From the NCBI GenBank assembly GCA_020184695.1, contig JAANOX010000267.1, forward strand, positions 77,941 to 141,940: a stretch of DNA of 64,000 bases, in the 5' to 3' direction. The stretch is from Histomonas meleagridis 2922-C6/04-290x. Lineage: Eukaryota; Protista; Parabasalia. The position numbers were made by a program, and so were the translations under genes. This document shows, in pieces, positions 1 to 10,948 of the stretch. Each line of letters begins with the position of its first letter. Position 1 is the stretch's first letter. The notes beneath the pieces were generated by a model, which had not been told where the DNA came from, made no database searches, and worked only from the letters and a program-made list of their open reading frames with translations.

Positions 1-206
1 ACAATTAAAGCACTAAACATACCAACAAACATAGAACCAGTTTGGAACCATGGTTTCTTGAATTTACGTGGATCACCTCCGTATTTGGCATCTCCAACTG
101 CTTCTTGCTCAAAGAGGAACTTCTGAATAACAACGGTGCAAGTGCCAAATAAAAGCATTCCACCAATTATGATGAATTTTTTGATGAAAGGAACTTCTTG
201 AGCCAT
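1..206 (-). CDS. 5' part of a DMT/SLC35F6-like membrane transporter (runs off the window start)
   Basis: Manual translation from ATG at 206: MAQEVPFIKKFIIIGGMLLFGTCTVVIQKFLFEQEAVGDAKYGGDPRKFKKPWFQTGSMFVGMFSALI. Hydrophobic TM1 followed by the F.KPWFQT..MF.GM motif typical of SLC35F6-like proteins. Not in the ORF track. Confidence 0.7.
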   Translation of the reverse strand, partial: MAQEVPFIKKFIIIGGMLLFGTCTVVIQKFLFEQEAVGDAKYGGDPRKFKKPWFQTGSMFVGMFSALI

Positions 207-209
207 CGG

Positions 210-214
210 AATGA
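210..214 (-). promoter_or_regulatory. Initiator (Inr) element TCATT
   Basis: Minus strand reads gtgTCATTccgATG, matching the parabasalid Inr consensus TCA(Y)(T/A) a few nt upstream of the ATG at 206. A similar case is TCACA-ATG at 48431-48438. Confidence 0.55.
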
Positions 215-440
215 CACTTTTACGGAAACAATGATATTTCAATTTTCTATTGTTTTAAAACCGACAATGCCATTGAAAACAAAAACGATAGGGACACTTT
301 TATAGAAAGCATACAAATTCTAAAACGATAAGAAGCCTCTTTCACGTAAACGATGAGATTTGGTTATGCAACAAAGATAATAAAAAATTTTTTCATATAT
401 GAAATAAAGATTTTGTTTACTAATAAATATGTTTGTTAAT

Positions 441-860
441 TTATTTGTTATCAGGATGTTGATCTAAAAGAATAAAAAATTGATCTCGTATAGTTGCCCA
501 ATTATCATCAAACCACTGAATTAGATCAGTTTTCTTTTTGGTTGTTTTTGGATCAAATGGAAGGTCATGTTTCTTTGACAAGAACATTGCAATATCACGA
601 TAAACAACAGATGTCGGGCGAATTGGTTTATTGTTCTTTTTTAACATGAGTAAATGATCTTCAATTTCTTTTTGTGCTCGTAATTTGTTAGGACTTCCTG
701 GAAATATTGGCTGGCTGGGATCAATTTGATATATCAAGTCGCATAATCGTTGAGTTGCAATAGGTACCAAGCTTTGGCAACCTTGACAAAGTTGTATGAT
801 TTCTGCTAATAATTCAATTGAGTTTTGTGTTGGGCTTGTTGGTTGTGATATTTCTTCCAT
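441..860 (-). CDS. Hypothetical 139-aa protein
   Basis: Clean ATG-to-stop ORF with coding-like composition. Basic C-terminal segment KKKTDLIQWFDDNW; no family assigned with confidence. Confidence 0.7.
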   Translation of the reverse strand: MEEISQPTSPTQNSIELLAEIIQLCQGCQSLVPIATQRLCDLIYQIDPSQPIFPGSPNKLRAQKEIEDHLLMLKKNNKPIRPTSVVYRDIAMFLSKKHDLPFDPKTTKKKTDLIQWFDDNWATIRDQFFILLDQHPDNK

Positions 861-1171
861 AATGGCGCCAAAATTTCATATCAAATGTCTTATAAATTAT
901 CTAATGAATGAAATAATTTTTATTAACAATTTTTTTAATAAATTTCGTGAAAAATCCACTTACTTCGAAATACATTTATTTAATGATCCAATCGATTGTA
1001 ATTCAAACATCACAATATCAAAAATGTATTAATACATTTTACTAAACACAGATTTATTATGAAGATTTATCATGAAATCAAATGTGTAATAGAGAGAAAA
1101 TTTATTAAACGCTCAATTATATTATTAAAAAAAATCAAACAAATAAAGATATTTCATAACAAAAATATCTC

Positions 1172-2323
1172 TTAGTCAGCTGAATCAGGATTATCATTTT
1201 TTGCATTTTTCTTTTTTGAGTTTTCTTCTTCTTCTTCCGTATCTTCTGACAAGTATTTAAAGTATGCTTTATCTTCTGCATTATCTTCTTCCTCTTCTTT
1301 ATCTTCATTTGATTCTATTGTTTCATTTGTTTCATTTTCATTAACTTTTTTCTCTGGATTTATATCTTTTTTATCAAGGAAGTTCAAGACCATAGCGATT
1401 ACAATTAACCCCATTGACACTCCATGGTTTACTGTGAACTTCTTATTTTGGAAAAGAAGATATGAAATGATAACCGTAAACCCTTTTCGAAGTGAAGTGA
1501 CCATAACCGTCGTAACCGAACCGAAAACTGACATCAAAAGATAAACAAATTCAACGCCAACAGCTCCTAACAGAGAAAACATCAGCATTGGAACAACGAC
1601 CTTTGGGTTTTCTTTACATTGATTAAATCCTTTTTCAAACTCGCCAAGGAATAAAGCAATGATTGCAAGATATAATGCACCTGTTAAATATACCATTGAT
1701 ATTACCTCTCGTTGAGGGGCTTTATACTCTTTCAATGCTTTCTCTTGGAAGTTTGAACAAAAGGCATCAAGACATAAAGAAATAATACTGGCTAATATTC
1801 CTTTAAAATCGTATTGATTTTTGACTTTTTTGTCACTTAGTGATACGCCAATGAGACCAACTGTAAGCAAAACAGCAGCACTAATTTTTGTCCAAGAATA
1901 TCGCTTTTTTAAAAATATGACACCGCCAATCATCACTGGAATGACTTTGGATGATCTAAAAACAACTTGTGTTGGATAACTTAATTTTGAAGAAGAGTAA
2001 TTTGCAAGAGTCATTGACCCACAGAGAAATGCGCTAATTATTGCATAAAATCCAATGTTACACGTCAATTTCACCTTTCCTCGTATTAACGATATTACGA
2101 ATGAGACAGAAATAAGTGAGTAACATACAAATTGGAAAAAGGTAACAAAAAAAATTTGTTTCATTCCATAAATCGACATTAGTTTTTCTTGTGCTGTGCC
2201 TTGTAAAAGAAATGATGTAAAAATACCGCAAACGCCAACGAAAAGGATAAGTTGTCTTGGCCAATTAGTAACGTTGATTCCAAAGAGAAAATGTTCTTTC
2301 TCCATTTTATTAATAAAATTCAT
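1172..2323 (-). CDS. UAA-family nucleotide-sugar/PAPS transporter (SLC35B3-like)
   Basis: About 10 TM segments, motif LSYPTQVVFRSSKVIPVM..G..FL.KRY and VT..RK.FT...S; acidic tail. First ATG at 2323, alternative at 2305. Confidence 0.88.
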   Translation of the reverse strand: MNFINKMEKEHFLFGINVTNWPRQLILFVGVCGIFTSFLLQGTAQEKLMSIYGMKQIFFVTFFQFVCYSLISVSFVISLIRGKVKLTCNIGFYAIISAFLCGSMTLANYSSSKLSYPTQVVFRSSKVIPVMIGGVIFLKKRYSWTKISAAVLLTVGLIGVSLSDKKVKNQYDFKGILASIISLCLDAFCSNFQEKALKEYKAPQREVISMVYLTGALYLAIIALFLGEFEKGFNQCKENPKVVVPMLMFSLLGAVGVEFVYLLMSVFGSVTTVMVTSLRKGFTVIISYLLFQNKKFTVNHGVSMGLIVIAMVLNFLDKKDINPEKKVNENETNETIESNEDKEEEEDNAEDKAYFKYLSEDTEEEEENSKKKNAKNDNPDSAD

Positions 2324-2670
2324 ACCAACCAAACAAACTTAGTTAAATTTGAATTAAAAAACGGTCGACCTTAACTGGAACCAAAATTTCGCCAAATTAA
2401 TTAAAAATAATGTTAATACATTTATATTGTTTTTATTTTTATCTTGATTTTATAATTTACATATATAATTATGTAGGGTTAATTGTATAATTAAAATCAT
2501 TAAAAATGAGATACATCGAAACGTTGCTATTAAGCTTTGATAGAAAATGTATGTCAAAAGAAAGTTTTTCTCATATGATAAAATAAAATACTAATGTACC
2601 ACAACATTTAAATGGTTTGAAACTATTTTAAAGCACAATGAAGGAAATATTAATACTACACTTTTTATTA

Positions 2671-2704
2671 AAAACCGTTTATTTTCCACCAGGGTTTGAC
2701 GGTT
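2671..2704. promoter_or_regulatory. RCCGTT/AACGGY (Myb-type, M3-like) promoter motifs in the divergent SLC35B/RPS10 intergenic
   Basis: aaaaccgttt at 2671 and gacggtt at 2698. The same core recurs shortly upstream of other starts (about 2361, 16547, 20167, 21631, 49432, 49453, 54738). It resembles the described Trichomonas M3 core-promoter motif. Confidence 0.45.
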
Positions 2705-2717
2705 ATGTTGCTTTTTT

Positions 2718-3113
2718 ATGTTCATTCCTGCTGACATCCGCAGGAAGATCCTTCACTACTTCTTTAAAAATGGTGTAATCGTTGTTTCAGCTAATAACGC
2801 TGGGGTACACGAAGAGCTTAATGTTCTTAATATCTATGTTTTCCAAATTGGTCGTTCATTTGTTAATCGAGGATTTGCCAAAAAGCAATATGTATGGAAT
2901 CACGCTTATTACGTATTAAATGAAAAAGGTGTTCGATATCTTCAAGACTACTTTGGTCTCTCACCAGAAACTATACCATTAATACTAAAAAGCTGTAGAG
3001 TATACCTACTTAGACCCAAGCGTCCTCGTCCTCCTTGTAAAAAGCGGTATAGTGGTTTCATCCGCCCAGGACGTGGCAATTTCTGTGGCCATAAATCAGA
3101 AAACATACCGTAG
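2718..3113 (+). CDS. RPS10: 40S ribosomal protein eS10, with an apparently degenerate C-terminus
   Basis: Plectin/S10 domain: MFIP...RRKILHYFFKNGV, NIYVFQIGRSFVNRGFAKKQYVWNHAYYVLNEKGVRYLQDYFGL. Confidence 0.88.
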   Translation: MFIPADIRRKILHYFFKNGVIVVSANNAGVHEELNVLNIYVFQIGRSFVNRGFAKKQYVWNHAYYVLNEKGVRYLQDYFGLSPETIPLILKSCRVYLLRPKRPRPPCKKRYSGFIRPGRGNFCGHKSENIP

Positions 3114-3897
3114 AAAGCACTGAGGGAATACCTGCAGAAAATGACCCAAAAGAGTAAGTCATTTTAGTTTTCACGGTCAACCAAAAATCGATTTGATGTT
3201 TTTGATCATCTATTTAAAAAAAATTTAAGTTTAGCTAAACATAAAAAGTATTTTAATTCTTTTTGTTCATAAAAACAATAAATCGCATAAATGCCTTAGC
3301 AAATTATCCTTTTGTGTTGGAAAGTCACGGTGAGGTCACTTCACAGTTGACCGTTTTCATATCACAAAAGTTTGGTCGTTTTCTGAAGGAATGATGCGCT
3401 TTGAAGAATAATGTGAGATTATCATTTATAGTTAATATCAACATTTATAATTCGAGTTCCATAATTCCCTATTTTAGTTATTATTTATATTAAAAAATAA
3501 GACAATATTATAAATAAATTGATGAGAAAAATGAGGATTAATTTTCATCACAAAAAGCAGTACACAAAAATTGAATTTGAAAGAGTCAAAACAAAATTGA
3601 ATTCAACTACTGGTGATCGCTTGCAATTTTCACACAATTATCGCTTATTGAAGTTTTTTCATATAGCAAAACCCTTACGCAGTTATTAAAGGCAACCATT
3701 TATATGCCAACTCTTTGTCTTAAAAACGAACCTTAAAAAAATATATAATTCTTTATTATTTTCATGATACATGCATTTCTTTTTCTTCGTTACTTGAAAA
3801 GAGGTTTAATTGAATTTTGGATAGGGGCTTATCAAAACGAGCTTTTCTGAGCTTTTTCAATCAATTCAAATTTCAATAGATAGGAACACTGCTAATC

Positions 3898-5256
3898 ATG
3901 GAAGATTCCAAGCATTTCAGCTCAGATGCAGTATCTGACGACGGAAATCCAATTGCGATCTCCGACGGCGATGAAAGATCTATGTCAAAGCAAAGCATTG
4001 ACACTGAAAATGTTCAAAAACTTGAAGATGAAGAAGAAGAAATCGAAGACACACCTAAAAAACGTATCACCCGTTTTCAAGCTATTATGAGTTGCTTGAA
4101 CTCACTTTTGGGTGCCGGTATTTTAAGTATTCCAAACTCATTCACATATTGTGGTATTGTCCCTTCACTCATCATTCTTACCTTAGTTGCTGTTCTTTCT
4201 CATGTTTCCACCGTTCTTACAGTTAAGCTTCAGCGTCGTGTTAATTCTGATGGTCTTGATGATCTTGCTTTCAAGACACTTGGCAGAGCCGGCCAGCTTG
4301 CCATTTCTATTCTTTCCATGCTTTTCCTTATTTCTGCTATGGTTGCCTATTTGATCATTTCATCAGATAATGTTATTTCATGGCTTTCCCTTGCTAACAT
4401 TAAAATTGATGTTCTCTGGAAGCGTGTTATCCTTGTTTTGATCAACTCTCTTATTCTTCCAATTGCATTAACAATTCCAAGAACCGGAGCTACCATCATT
4501 GGCAAACTTTCTGTTGTTTCCTTTGTTCTTATTCTCTTCTTCTGTGTTGCCATGGTCGTCAAAGCCATCCAAAAACTTCCAAATGAAGGAGTTGCTGATA
4601 TATCAATTGCCAAGATGGACTTTGGTGTTTTCTCATCCATATCAATTTACGGCCTTGCCTTTGCACTTCCAGTTGTTATCTTACCACTTATCAATCCATA
4701 TAATACTGATATCCATAAGCGTGAAGTTGTCAGTTTATGGTCCATTATCCTCTGTTATGTTGTCGTTATCATTCCAGGTATCCTTGGGTATCTTATGTTT
4801 GGAAGTAAGACCGAATCAATTATTTTATCATCATTTCCTGATAACGATGTCCTTATCATTATAGTTCGTGTAGGCTTCTACATTGTCGTTATTCTTAGTT
4901 ATCCATCAATTGGTCTAAGTTTAATGAGCTCATGGAGTCAGATCATATTTAAGACTGTCAAGCAAGCTGAGCTTCCAGCGTTAAAGAGAGCATTAGTTCT
5001 CGTCTTAACTAACATTATTCCATTAGCTTTCGCTGTGTTTTTGCCAAATGCAAGACCAGCACTGTCCATTGGCGGTGCACTTGGTGGGTGCTTAGTCGAC
5101 TTCTTCTTCCCACCGTTCATCTGGATTAGGATTTCGAAGAAGAAATTCTTAAGTGTCCAAAACATTTTGTGCGCAATCTTCGCACTTTTCGGCGTCGTAT
5201 CGGCCGGTATTTCAACGTATCAGGCTATTGAGGATGCAATCAAGTCTTTTTCATAG
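3898..5256 (+). CDS. Amino-acid transporter (AAAP/SLC38 family)
   Basis: Acidic N-tail, then NSLLGAGILSIP.SF...G and about 11 TM helices ending GALGG...DFFFP. Confidence 0.92.
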   Translation: MEDSKHFSSDAVSDDGNPIAISDGDERSMSKQSIDTENVQKLEDEEEEIEDTPKKRITRFQAIMSCLNSLLGAGILSIPNSFTYCGIVPSLIILTLVAVLSHVSTVLTVKLQRRVNSDGLDDLAFKTLGRAGQLAISILSMLFLISAMVAYLIISSDNVISWLSLANIKIDVLWKRVILVLINSLILPIALTIPRTGATIIGKLSVVSFVLILFFCVAMVVKAIQKLPNEGVADISIAKMDFGVFSSISIYGLAFALPVVILPLINPYNTDIHKREVVSLWSIILCYVVVIIPGILGYLMFGSKTESIILSSFPDNDVLIIIVRVGFYIVVILSYPSIGLSLMSSWSQIIFKTVKQAELPALKRALVLVLTNIIPLAFAVFLPNARPALSIGGALGGCLVDFFFPPFIWIRISKKKFLSVQNILCAIFALFGVVSAGISTYQAIEDAIKSFS

Positions 5257-5318
5257 AAAAGATATTTGAGAAGAAGAATAAAGTTTTAAAATTTTCTTTT
5301 CTTTTAATCATTTTCATT

Positions 5319-5642
5319 ATGTTTGAGATTTTTATTATAAAAAACTTTCGGAGTTTGAGAGATGAAATAAAAAATCGAAACAAAAGAATTTTATTGCTAA
5401 ACGGAATTCGTCGGTGATGCGTTCGCTTGGACAAAGTCTTCTGGATGAAATGCTCTCAAAAAGTATTTGAGAAGAATTGAAATTTGGCATTTTTTTATGA
5501 CGATTTAATACTGTTCAAAAGTTGCTATGAAACGTTTGGTTGTAAATACGATCAAGTGGCAGATGTCAGGAATAAATTATGCACAATCCTGTCAGCGGCA
5601 ATGTCTCAACTGCCTGAGTCAAGAGGCCACCCCAAAAAGTAG
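5319..5642 (+). pseudogene. Possible decayed ORF of unknown family
   Basis: Inr-like TCATT directly before ATG 5319. One frame reads MFEIF...GIRR*CVRLDKVFWMKCSQKVFEKN*NLAFFYDDLILFKSCYETFGCKYDQVADVRNKLCTILSAAMSQLPESRGHPKK*. GC content is higher than the flanking intergenic DNA. Confidence 0.3.
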
Positions 5643-5860
5643 ACCACCCCATAATTACAGCTTTTGGTGTTTGGTTATGACTTGATCCCTCCTGTTTAAG
5701 CATCTTTGAAATATAATTTAATATAAATTATGCAATTGCTGAATTTATTGAATATTAAACAAAAAAAGATTTTAATTTCTAAAAAACAAATGATTTCATT
5801 TTATTAATCATTTTTATGGAAGGTATTACGTGAATGCTATAACGTTTAATGAAACTAACT

Positions 5861-7714
5861 TTAAATTTTATATACAGTTAAGAGCATATCCTCATATCCT
5901 TCATCTGATGAAGATGATGATGAACTTGGTTCTTTTGGCCTCTTTTCTGGCATTGGCAAATTGAACGTTGTTAGCTCGAAATCGTATGTTTCATCGCCCT
6001 TCAGTGTGCTCGATTTCTTCTTCTTGTCATTAGGCTCGCTCTTTTTCTTGTGTACCTTCAGTGAATTTGATTTAGATTGGTCAATTGGCTTCAACTTTTT
6101 ACCTTTTTGATTGATCTTTGATGGCGCTGCAATTGGACTTTTCTGTGGCTTTCTTGGCGATGTAGTTTGTTTAGGAGATGGGAATGAGTTGAGTTGTTTG
6201 TCTAAATCAAGATTAGGAACCCATTTCTTTTGGTTATTTGCAGTATTTAATAGGAAATTCATTACACTTGAAAGTTCAAGTTTGTGACCTTTGATAAACT
6301 GTAACAGATCAGGAGGCATGTCATCATTTGCTTGAACTGCAGAAAGAGATAACATTGGAATTAGATAATTAAGTGTTTGAAGATATAATTGTCTTACTTT
6401 CGCAATGTAATTGGAAGATCCAAGAAGATACATTGATGTAAGAATAGAGGATGGTTGGTCTTTACATAATTTTTTAATATTTTCATTTCCTACAATCGAT
6501 TTAGAATCTGTGGACGATAGAAAAACCGATAGAGCCGATATGATATTTGACTTGGACGATAGAGCGGTTAATATGTCGAGCGAATTCTGTTTGTTGATTG
6601 TTGCATATGTAAGTAATTTATGGGCAATATTACATTCAAAGTAAATGTTTTGAACACTTTTAAGAAGGTTTAGAATGGTATTTTTAGTTTTTTCATTGAT
6701 CTCAAGGAATGAAAATGAAGCGCATACTACAAATGACATAAGTTCTTTAGTTTGTGCATCTGTATGTTGCATATTGAACAAAGCTGCAATTGATTCTACT
6801 GAATTTTGATATTGATTTAAAATAAGTTTTTTTACAATTGATTTTTGCGCATTAAGTTGCATTTCATCAAAAACAAGTTGAACTCCAAGTAATGGAATCT
6901 CGCGCTTGTTGCTTATGAGGAGCGGAATTTGGTTGGCGAATGAACTTTTGAACGAATGATTTGATTTGTAAAGTTTCGAGAAAAGTTCATAAGCAAAAGC
7001 TTCATCGCTAGGGAACTTATTATCAATGTTGAGCTTACGCATCAAAAAGAAAGAAAACGCATCGAATAATGGATCATTGCGTGGAATGATTTCAGATAGG
7101 AAAAGTTTGGAAATTGTATCAATAGAATCATCAGATGGGTTACATTCAAGGCTGCCGAAGTATGGTGCTAAAGTGGATGAAATTATTTTTGGATCTTGAG
7201 AATTACAAATTTGATTGATTAAATTTGGATGTTTTTTGAACAGTTGTGTAAGTACGATCCTTGAGTTAGGTATTGATGTTATTGACTTTGCAAATGGAAT
7301 CAAGTTTGTTTGAGGAATAATTTGAATGATGTATTCATTAATAATTGGATCGTTTAACTTACTAATAATATCAATATAAAAAGAAGTGTCAGCATTGCGA
7401 GGAACTACTGGAGCTAAGCTTGATTTGTCGAAATTATATGGGAATTTCGTATTTTGCAATAAATTTTTCCAAAATGTTTTCAATGTTTGCAAAGGTAATT
7501 CAGATGGAATTTGTTGCAACTTTAAATTTGTAAATTGAGAAGATAGATAACTTAAAGCAATGGTAGAAAATGGTGGTTCTTGTGTACAAAGAATTAATAT
7601 TGATACAGAAATTTTGATATCCGAATTAGGAAGAGAGGAAAACTTTCCCTTGAACTCTCTTGCTGATTTCTTTGATGCCATTTCCAATAAATTGATATTA
7701 TCGGCGGAAAACAT
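5861..7714 (-). CDS. Hypothetical 617-aa helical protein with a Lys/Ser-rich C-terminal tail
   Basis: Long ORF from ATG, Leu-rich helical body, low-complexity KKKS/SSSSD tail. Confidence 0.8.
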   Translation of the reverse strand: MFSADNINLLEMASKKSAREFKGKFSSLPNSDIKISVSILILCTQEPPFSTIALSYLSSQFTNLKLQQIPSELPLQTLKTFWKNLLQNTKFPYNFDKSSLAPVVPRNADTSFYIDIISKLNDPIINEYIIQIIPQTNLIPFAKSITSIPNSRIVLTQLFKKHPNLINQICNSQDPKIISSTLAPYFGSLECNPSDDSIDTISKLFLSEIIPRNDPLFDAFSFFLMRKLNIDNKFPSDEAFAYELFSKLYKSNHSFKSSFANQIPLLISNKREIPLLGVQLVFDEMQLNAQKSIVKKLILNQYQNSVESIAALFNMQHTDAQTKELMSFVVCASFSFLEINEKTKNTILNLLKSVQNIYFECNIAHKLLTYATINKQNSLDILTALSSKSNIISALSVFLSSTDSKSIVGNENIKKLCKDQPSSILTSMYLLGSSNYIAKVRQLYLQTLNYLIPMLSLSAVQANDDMPPDLLQFIKGHKLELSSVMNFLLNTANNQKKWVPNLDLDKQLNSFPSPKQTTSPRKPQKSPIAAPSKINQKGKKLKPIDQSKSNSLKVHKKKSEPNDKKKKSSTLKGDETYDFELTTFNLPMPEKRPKEPSSSSSSSDEGYEDMLLTVYKI

Positions 7715-7827
7715 TTTTTGCCGTTTTTTATTTTATAACGTAAACAGAAATAGAATACTTTACATAACCCATTTTTGTGAAAACTCGAATTTTTAGTAAA
7801 CTATTTAATCCAATTTTCATTTCAAAG

Positions 7828-10710
7828 GTGGATTACCGCTGTGCATTATTTTCTCTTTATCCATCTTCTAAAATACATTATGCAACTTTTTGCAAAAAGC
7901 TTGATGGAGAAAATGATTATATTGTAATTTCACGTGGAAATATTTTACAATTTTATGAAATCCAAAATTCAAATTTTATCCAAAAATATGAATATTCTAT
8001 ATTTGGTAGTTGTTATCATATAAATTCTATTTATGTACAATCCAAAAATAAATCTATTTTATTAATTGCTCTTTCCAATTTAAAATTTTGTTTACTTGAA
8101 ATGAACAATGGAATATTTTCCACAATCCAAAATGGCGATTTATATTCATCTTTAGGAACTACACTTGAGCCGACATTTAAAACACAAACATATAAAAATC
8201 ATTTCTTCATACAAACATCACATGAAGTAATTCAGCAATATTTAATTTTGGACAATATTCAACTTTCAATTCGGAAAAATTTGTTTTTTTCCACAAGTTA
8301 TATCATTGATTTCCAAATATTATATGAAGCTAATGATTCGATTTTTATTATAGTTTTAATAAATGAATTATTAGATAATACATTAATTCAAATCTGGAAA
8401 ATTAATGAAGATCAAACATTAGTTATTGAACATGAAACACCTAAAAATTCACAAAAAATTTGTTTAGTTAATCAAAACAATTTTTTTGTATTTTGTTCGA
8501 ATAAAATTATTTCATTTACATATGAAAATGAAATATTAAATAGAAATGAAGAAATTAATTTTAGTTTTGATTTTGTATTTAATGATATTAAATTTGTTTC
8601 AAATCAAATAATTTGTATTACAAATTATAAAGAAATTTTATGTTTTAAAAATAAAGAATTGATTAAAATTAATGAAAATTTAAATTCTTTTTTAATTATT
8701 CCAATTAATGAATTTGAGATTTTATTTTTGTCATATTATGATGAATCAATTTTAATAAATTTAAATACAAATTATTCAAAAGTTGTAATTTCTTCTCGTG
8801 GACCAATTCATAAATTTATAAAATTAAATGAGAATAGAATTTTTGGACTTTGTTCATCAAAACATTTAGTTGATATTCAAAACGTTTTACAATTTAAAGA
8901 AATAATTCGAATTCAAACAACAAATTTATCAAATGTTTGGTTTTATAATGATTCAACATTACTTATAACTAATGAAGGTCAAACGAATTTAATACATTTT
9001 GATATACATTTGAATTCTTGTGATTTAATTAACACAGAAATAAATGAAACGAATGAAACCATTTATTTCCATATTTACGAAGAAAATTTTATTCAAATTA
9101 CAACTAATTCTATTTTAACTAAAACAATTTCATTAAACTTCGATCAAGTTATTACATGTGGATCATCTTCAATAGATAATATTATAATATGTCAAAATAA
9201 TAAATTAATTTCAATTTATAATTATAATGGTGAAATATTAAATCAAATTTTATTTTTTGTTACTATTCATTGTATATCATTAAATGATTCATTAATAGTT
9301 CTTTCTTCATGGGAAACATCGACAATTTATATTTGTTCGATAAATGATTTTTCTTTAATTAAAGAATATTCAAATGTTTCACTTATTGATATAATTTCAT
9401 ATAATAATTTCTTTATAGGAATTGAGACAAATGATTTTTATTATTGTTTTGATATAAATAATATTAATAAAAATCGATGTGAAGGAACGCATAAACGAAT
9501 TGTTGAATTATATAATAATGATTTAATGATTATTGGAGAAAATAATTATATTTTACATGAATTAAATTTAATGAAAACAAATATTCCAAATTGTTATTTT
9601 GCTGATTCATTTAATAATTTATTTGCGATAATAAATTCAAATGAAATTATAATGTATAAAATTCTACAACCTGTTTATACTATAAATGAATATAAATTTG
9701 ATTTTGTTTTTCTTGATATAATACAAACTTCAAATTCAAATTATTTCGTAATTATAAAAAATGAATTTGGTCAAAAATTATTTAAAACTGAAAACATTTT
9801 TGATTTTAAATCATATCAATTCGTTACTGAACTAAAATATGAGAAATTAAATAATCAATTAATACTATTTAAAAATTATTTATTTGTGTTGAATGATAAT
9901 AAAATTATTTCATTTAATGAAGAATTAGTTCAATGTTTAATTTTTAATACAGAAAAAATAATTTTAGGAATAATTCAACTTCAAAATGTTTTTGTTATTA
10001 TATTTTCTGATTCTATTTCATTATTTGATCTTGATATTATATCGAAGACATCTTTACTATTAAAAGAATTAAATAATTTTGAAGTTGGTTGTAATATTAA
10101 ATGTTTTTCTAATTATCAAAATAAAATAATTATTGGAGATTATTACGATTCGATTAAAGTTTATGAAATTAATAATTATGAAATAAAAGAAATTGCTCGT
10201 GAATGTCATGAAATTGATGTTGAAAATTGTGCTATTTATAATGAGTATAATTTATTTTGTGTTGATCATTTAAGTTATTTATATCATATGATAATTGATA
10301 ATAATAGTTTTAATTATATAAGTAAACAAATTAAAATTATTTCTGTGTATGATATTTCTTCTTGTTCTTTGTCTGTTTTTAATAATAATGACGGATTATT
10401 TATTGGAATGGAATTTGGTGATATTATCTTTATTAAATTGATCGAAATTGATGCAAAAATTTTTGAGTTTCTTCAAAATGAATTTGAATCAATTGGAAAA
10501 TTTAATCAACAAAATACTGCAAATGCAAAAATTGGTAACTTTGAATTTATTAATATCTCTTTTGTCAATATGAAATTAGCAGAATATTTCATGAAGTTAA
10601 AGAAAGAAGAAAAATTGAAAATAACCCAAAAATATGATTTAGATTTGGAAAGTTGTGAAGAGTATCTAAGAAACCTGTTTGGTAATTGTAATATATTATT
10701 AGATGAATAA
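7828..10710 (+). CDS. Divergent DDB1/CPSF-A-type multi-beta-propeller protein
   Basis: N-terminal DYIVISRGNILQFYE...EYSIFG..YHI and C-terminal KIIIGDYYDSIKVYE...EIARE resemble DDB1 propellers A and C. Very AT-rich. Probable start is GTG 7828; see findings. Confidence 0.65.
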   Translation: MDYRCALFSLYPSSKIHYATFCKKLDGENDYIVISRGNILQFYEIQNSNFIQKYEYSIFGSCYHINSIYVQSKNKSILLIALSNLKFCLLEMNNGIFSTIQNGDLYSSLGTTLEPTFKTQTYKNHFFIQTSHEVIQQYLILDNIQLSIRKNLFFSTSYIIDFQILYEANDSIFIIVLINELLDNTLIQIWKINEDQTLVIEHETPKNSQKICLVNQNNFFVFCSNKIISFTYENEILNRNEEINFSFDFVFNDIKFVSNQIICITNYKEILCFKNKELIKINENLNSFLIIPINEFEILFLSYYDESILINLNTNYSKVVISSRGPIHKFIKLNENRIFGLCSSKHLVDIQNVLQFKEIIRIQTTNLSNVWFYNDSTLLITNEGQTNLIHFDIHLNSCDLINTEINETNETIYFHIYEENFIQITTNSILTKTISLNFDQVITCGSSSIDNIIICQNNKLISIYNYNGEILNQILFFVTIHCISLNDSLIVLSSWETSTIYICSINDFSLIKEYSNVSLIDIISYNNFFIGIETNDFYYCFDINNINKNRCEGTHKRIVELYNNDLMIIGENNYILHELNLMKTNIPNCYFADSFNNLFAIINSNEIIMYKILQPVYTINEYKFDFVFLDIIQTSNSNYFVIIKNEFGQKLFKTENIFDFKSYQFVTELKYEKLNNQLILFKNYLFVLNDNKIISFNEELVQCLIFNTEKIILGIIQLQNVFVIIFSDSISLFDLDIISKTSLLLKELNNFEVGCNIKCFSNYQNKIIIGDYYDSIKVYEINNYEIKEIARECHEIDVENCAIYNEYNLFCVDHLSYLYHMIIDNNSFNYISKQIKIISVYDISSCSLSVFNNNDGLFIGMEFGDIIFIKLIEIDAKIFEFLQNEFESIGKFNQQNTANAKIGNFEFINISFVNMKLAEYFMKLKKEEKLKITQKYDLDLESCEEYLRNLFGNCNILLDE

Positions 10711-10948
10711 AAGTTTTTACATGTAAATTATGTATATTTTTTAATAGATGTGATATAATCAATTAAATTAATCTTTAAATATTTCTGTTTCTTCTTTTAT
10801 GCAACAGCTATTGATTTCAAAACATTAAAATTTAAAATAACATTTCCCGCAAAAGCTATAAATTATAATCTTCTTACCACATTAACTTACAAACAATATT
10901 TTCATTTATTTAAAAAATATTTATAAAATTTCATATAAATAACTTTAT

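Noticed and set aside
5420-5655. RNase P/MRP RNA-like motifs (GGACAAAGTCTTCT ... AAAAAGTAGACC)
   Set aside because: The P4-like pairing is imperfect and I could not find P1/P2/P3 helices. Not supportable without a covariance-model search.
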